The translations under genes were made by a program, and so were the position numbers. A stretch of DNA of 64,000 bases. Source: an uncultured Gemmatimonadales bacterium. GTDB lineage: Bacteria; Gemmatimonadota; Gemmatimonadetes; Longimicrobiales; Gaopeijiaceae. This document shows, piece by piece, positions 60,093 to 64,000 of this stretch (position 1 is its first letter; every line of letters starts with the position of its first letter). The stretch is from positions 1,280,001-1,344,000 of the forward strand of contig CAWELD010000003.1 of NCBI GenBank assembly GCA_963809895.1, read 5' to 3'. The notes under the pieces were generated by a model that worked only from the letters and a program-made list of their open reading frames with translations, was not told where the DNA came from and did not search any database.

Positions 60093-60859
60093 CAGGCGTC
60101 CTTGCTCTCCGCCGGGGTCGCGCTCAGGGTGGCCCGCACCAGGTCCCTGTTGAGCTGGGCGATGTAATCGACGCTGATCCCCTTGGGACACGCGTTCTCG
60201 CACGCTCCGTGATTGGTGCAGTTGCCGAAGCCCTCGGCGTCGTGCTGCTCCACCATGGCCAACACCCGCTCCCAGCGCTCGGCCTGCCCCTGGGGGAGCT
60301 GCCCCAGGTGCGTGACCTTGGCCGAGGTGAAGAGCATGGCCGAGGCGTTGGGACACGCCGCGACGCAGGCCCCGCAGCCGATGCAGGTAGCCGCGTCGAA
60401 GGCCTCGTCGGCGGCCCGCTTCGGCACCGGGATGGCGTTGCCGTCGGGTGCGCTGCCCGTGCGCACGGAGATGTAGCCGCCCGCGGCGATGATGCGGTCG
60501 AAGGCCGATCGGTCCACCACCAGGTCCTTGATGACCGGGAAGGCCATGGCCCTCCAGGGCTCGATCCAGATCTCGTCGCCGTCGTTGAAGCTCCGCATGT
60601 GGAGCTGGCAGGCCGACGTCATGGATCGCGGTCCGTGGGGCACCCCGTTGATCATCATGCCGCACGAGCCGCAGATGCCCTCGCGGCAGTCGTGCTCGAA
60701 GGCGATGGGCTCGCCCCCGGACTCGGTGATGCGTTCGTTGACGACGTCGAGCACCTCCAGGAAGGACATGTGCTCGGACAGGTCGGCGGCGTCGTATTTC
60801 TCGAAGCGTCCCTGCTGGTCGGGGCCAGCCTGGCGCCAGACGTGAAGGGTCAGGTTCAT
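60092..60859 (-). CDS. sdhB: Succinate dehydrogenase/fumarate reductase iron-sulfur subunit
   Basis: [34 protein letters not shown]. Start ATG 60859. Confidence 0.96.
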   Translation of the reverse strand: MNLTLHVWRQAGPDQQGRFEKYDAADLSEHMSFLEVLDVVNERITESGGEPIAFEHDCREGICGSCGMMINGVPHGPRSMTSACQLHMRSFNDGDEIWIEPWRAMAFPVIKDLVVDRSAFDRIIAAGGYISVRTGSAPDGNAIPVPKRAADEAFDAATCIGCGACVAACPNASAMLFTSAKVTHLGQLPQGQAERWERVLAMVEQHDAEGFGNCTNHGACENACPKGISVDYIAQLNRDLVRATLSATPAESKDA

Positions 60860-60860
60860 C

Positions 60861-62774
<1,914 letters not shown>

Positions 62775-62816
62775 GGCTCGACGAACCTCTGCATGTTGGT
62801 CGCTCGATTCCGCTGA

Positions 62817-63494
62817 TCAGCCGATGACTCCGGCCAGGACCAGGGTGGGCGGCGTCATGAATCCGATGAAGACCACCAGCGCGTACGCCACCGCGAAGGG
62901 GCGCCGCAGGCGATTGTACTTCGGGTGGTTGGCCCCCAGCGTCTGGAAGACACTCCAGACGCCGTGGTAGAGGTGGAAGCAGAGCGCGAGCTGAGCCACC
63001 AGGTACACGGCCCAGATGAGCGGCTGCTGGAAGGCCACCACGTAGTTGTGGAAAGCGTCACCCGGCACGAAGTCCGAGTGCAGCTGACCGGTGGTGAAGT
63101 GGAGAATGTGGTAGACGACGAAGAGCGCGATGATCACCCCGCCCCAGCGCATGGTCCGGGAGGCGTACGAGAAGGAGAGGTCCTGCGACTTCCCGTAGCC
63201 GTGGCTGCGTGCGGCTCGTCCGCGACTCCACAGCTGCAGCGCCAGCACGATGTGGAGGATCACCGCCGCCAGGAGGACGATGCGGAAGATCCAGAGCCCC
63301 CACATGTGGGGCAACGCCGGGTAGCCCACCTCACGGAGCCACTCGGCGTAGTGGTTCATGGCATCCCGACCCAGCAACATCTTCAGATTGCCCACCATGT
63401 GGGCGAAGACGAAGAGGAAGAGGATGATGCCCGACAGGGCCATCAGGACCTTCTTGCCCACCGTGGTCCGGTAGAGGTTCACCACGCGACGCAT
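62817..63494 (-). CDS. sdhC: Succinate dehydrogenase single cytochrome b anchor subunit (probably diheme)
   Basis: GKKVLMALSG, His in HMVGN, LHIVL, YHILHF, HLYHG; about 5 TM helices. Start ATG 63494. Confidence 0.92.
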   Translation of the reverse strand: MRRVVNLYRTTVGKKVLMALSGIILFLFVFAHMVGNLKMLLGRDAMNHYAEWLREVGYPALPHMWGLWIFRIVLLAAVILHIVLALQLWSRGRAARSHGYGKSQDLSFSYASRTMRWGGVIIALFVVYHILHFTTGQLHSDFVPGDAFHNYVVAFQQPLIWAVYLVAQLALCFHLYHGVWSVFQTLGANHPKYNRLRRPFAVAYALVVFIGFMTPPTLVLAGVIG

Positions 63495-63540
63495 GGCATT
63501 TCCCGTCGTTGGATGTCGATCTTGGCGAGGTCGCTGAAGC

Positions 63541-63574
63541 AAAACGGGGGAGGAGCGTCGCCGCCCCTCCCCCG
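63541..63574 (-). terminator. Intrinsic terminator after mdh
   Basis: Minus strand CGGGGGAGGGGCG-gcga-CGCTCCTCCCCCG followed by TTTT. Confidence 0.7.
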
Positions 63575-63579
63575 GAGTG

Positions 63580-64000
63580 TCAGTCCAGCGCCTGCATGGT
63601 CTCTCGGACGGCGTCCGCGCTCTTCTGGAGCGCCGCCTTCTCGCTGTCCGTGAGCTCCACCTGCACGATCTCCTGAAGGCCACCCTCACCGAGCTTGCAG
63701 GGAACGCCCAGGAAGATACCCTCCTGGCCGTACTCGCCCTGCAGATAGGCGGCGCAGGGCAGGATGCGCTTCTTGTCGTGGACGATGGCCTCCACCATCT
63801 GCACGGCGGCGGCCGACGGGGCGTAGTACGCGCTCCCCGTCTTGAGGTAGCCCACGATCTCGGCGCCGCCCTTGCGCGTACGCTCGATGAGCGCGTCGAT
63901 GCGGTCCCGCGCCATGAGCTGCGTGAGGGGGATACCGCTGACGGAGGTGTAGCTCACCAGCGGCACCATGGTGTCGCCGTGGCCCCCGAGCACCAGCGCC
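63580..64000 (-). CDS. mdh: Malate dehydrogenase (LDH-like), 3' part only
   Basis: [32 protein letters not shown]. Confidence 0.93.
   Translation of the reverse strand, partial: ALVLGGHGDTMVPLVSYTSVSGIPLTQLMARDRIDALIERTRKGGAEIVGYLKTGSAYYAPSAAAVQMVEAIVHDKKRILPCAAYLQGEYGQEGIFLGVPCKLGEGGLQEIVQVELTDSEKAALQKSADAVRETMQALD

Overview
High-GC (roughly 70%) bacterial core-chromosome segment, densely coding and almost entirely on the minus strand. Gene order and protein style suggest Gemmatimonadota (inference only). From right to left: mdh (partial), sdhCAB, two FKBP lipoproteins, dcd (plus strand), a complete nuoA-N operon, PMM/PGM, UPF0182, sucCD, a PTS-IIA-like/CBS protein, ndk, a 3-hydroxyacyl-CoA dehydrogenase, ackA, yceD-rpmF-plsX-fabHDG-acpP-fabF-ispF-dedA-xerD, CtpA protease (plus), Gln-dependent NAD synthetase, a double zinc-ribbon protein (plus), an orphan trpG/pabA, a frameshifted copC-copD divergent from a TonB-dependent receptor, rnz-hyp-tyrA-aroA-cmk-rpsA, an LpoA/LppC-like lipoprotein, and a propionyl-CoA carboxylase/methylmalonyl-CoA mutase cluster. 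I saw no tRNA, rRNA, CRISPR array or transposase. The most interesting signals are: a tandem ~142-bp structured repeat upstream of trpG; a 24-bp VNTR giving S1 a long acidic tail; a Rex-type operator on the nuo promoter; a shared ECF-like promoter motif (GNAAC-N16-CGYATC) before two envelope genes; a His-less PTS-IIA/CBS fusion between sucD and ndk; and clustering of D-[S/T]-hydrophobic motifs (Bacteroides-type O-glycosylation sequons) in exported proteins. All calls come from reading the sequence by eye; no searches were run.
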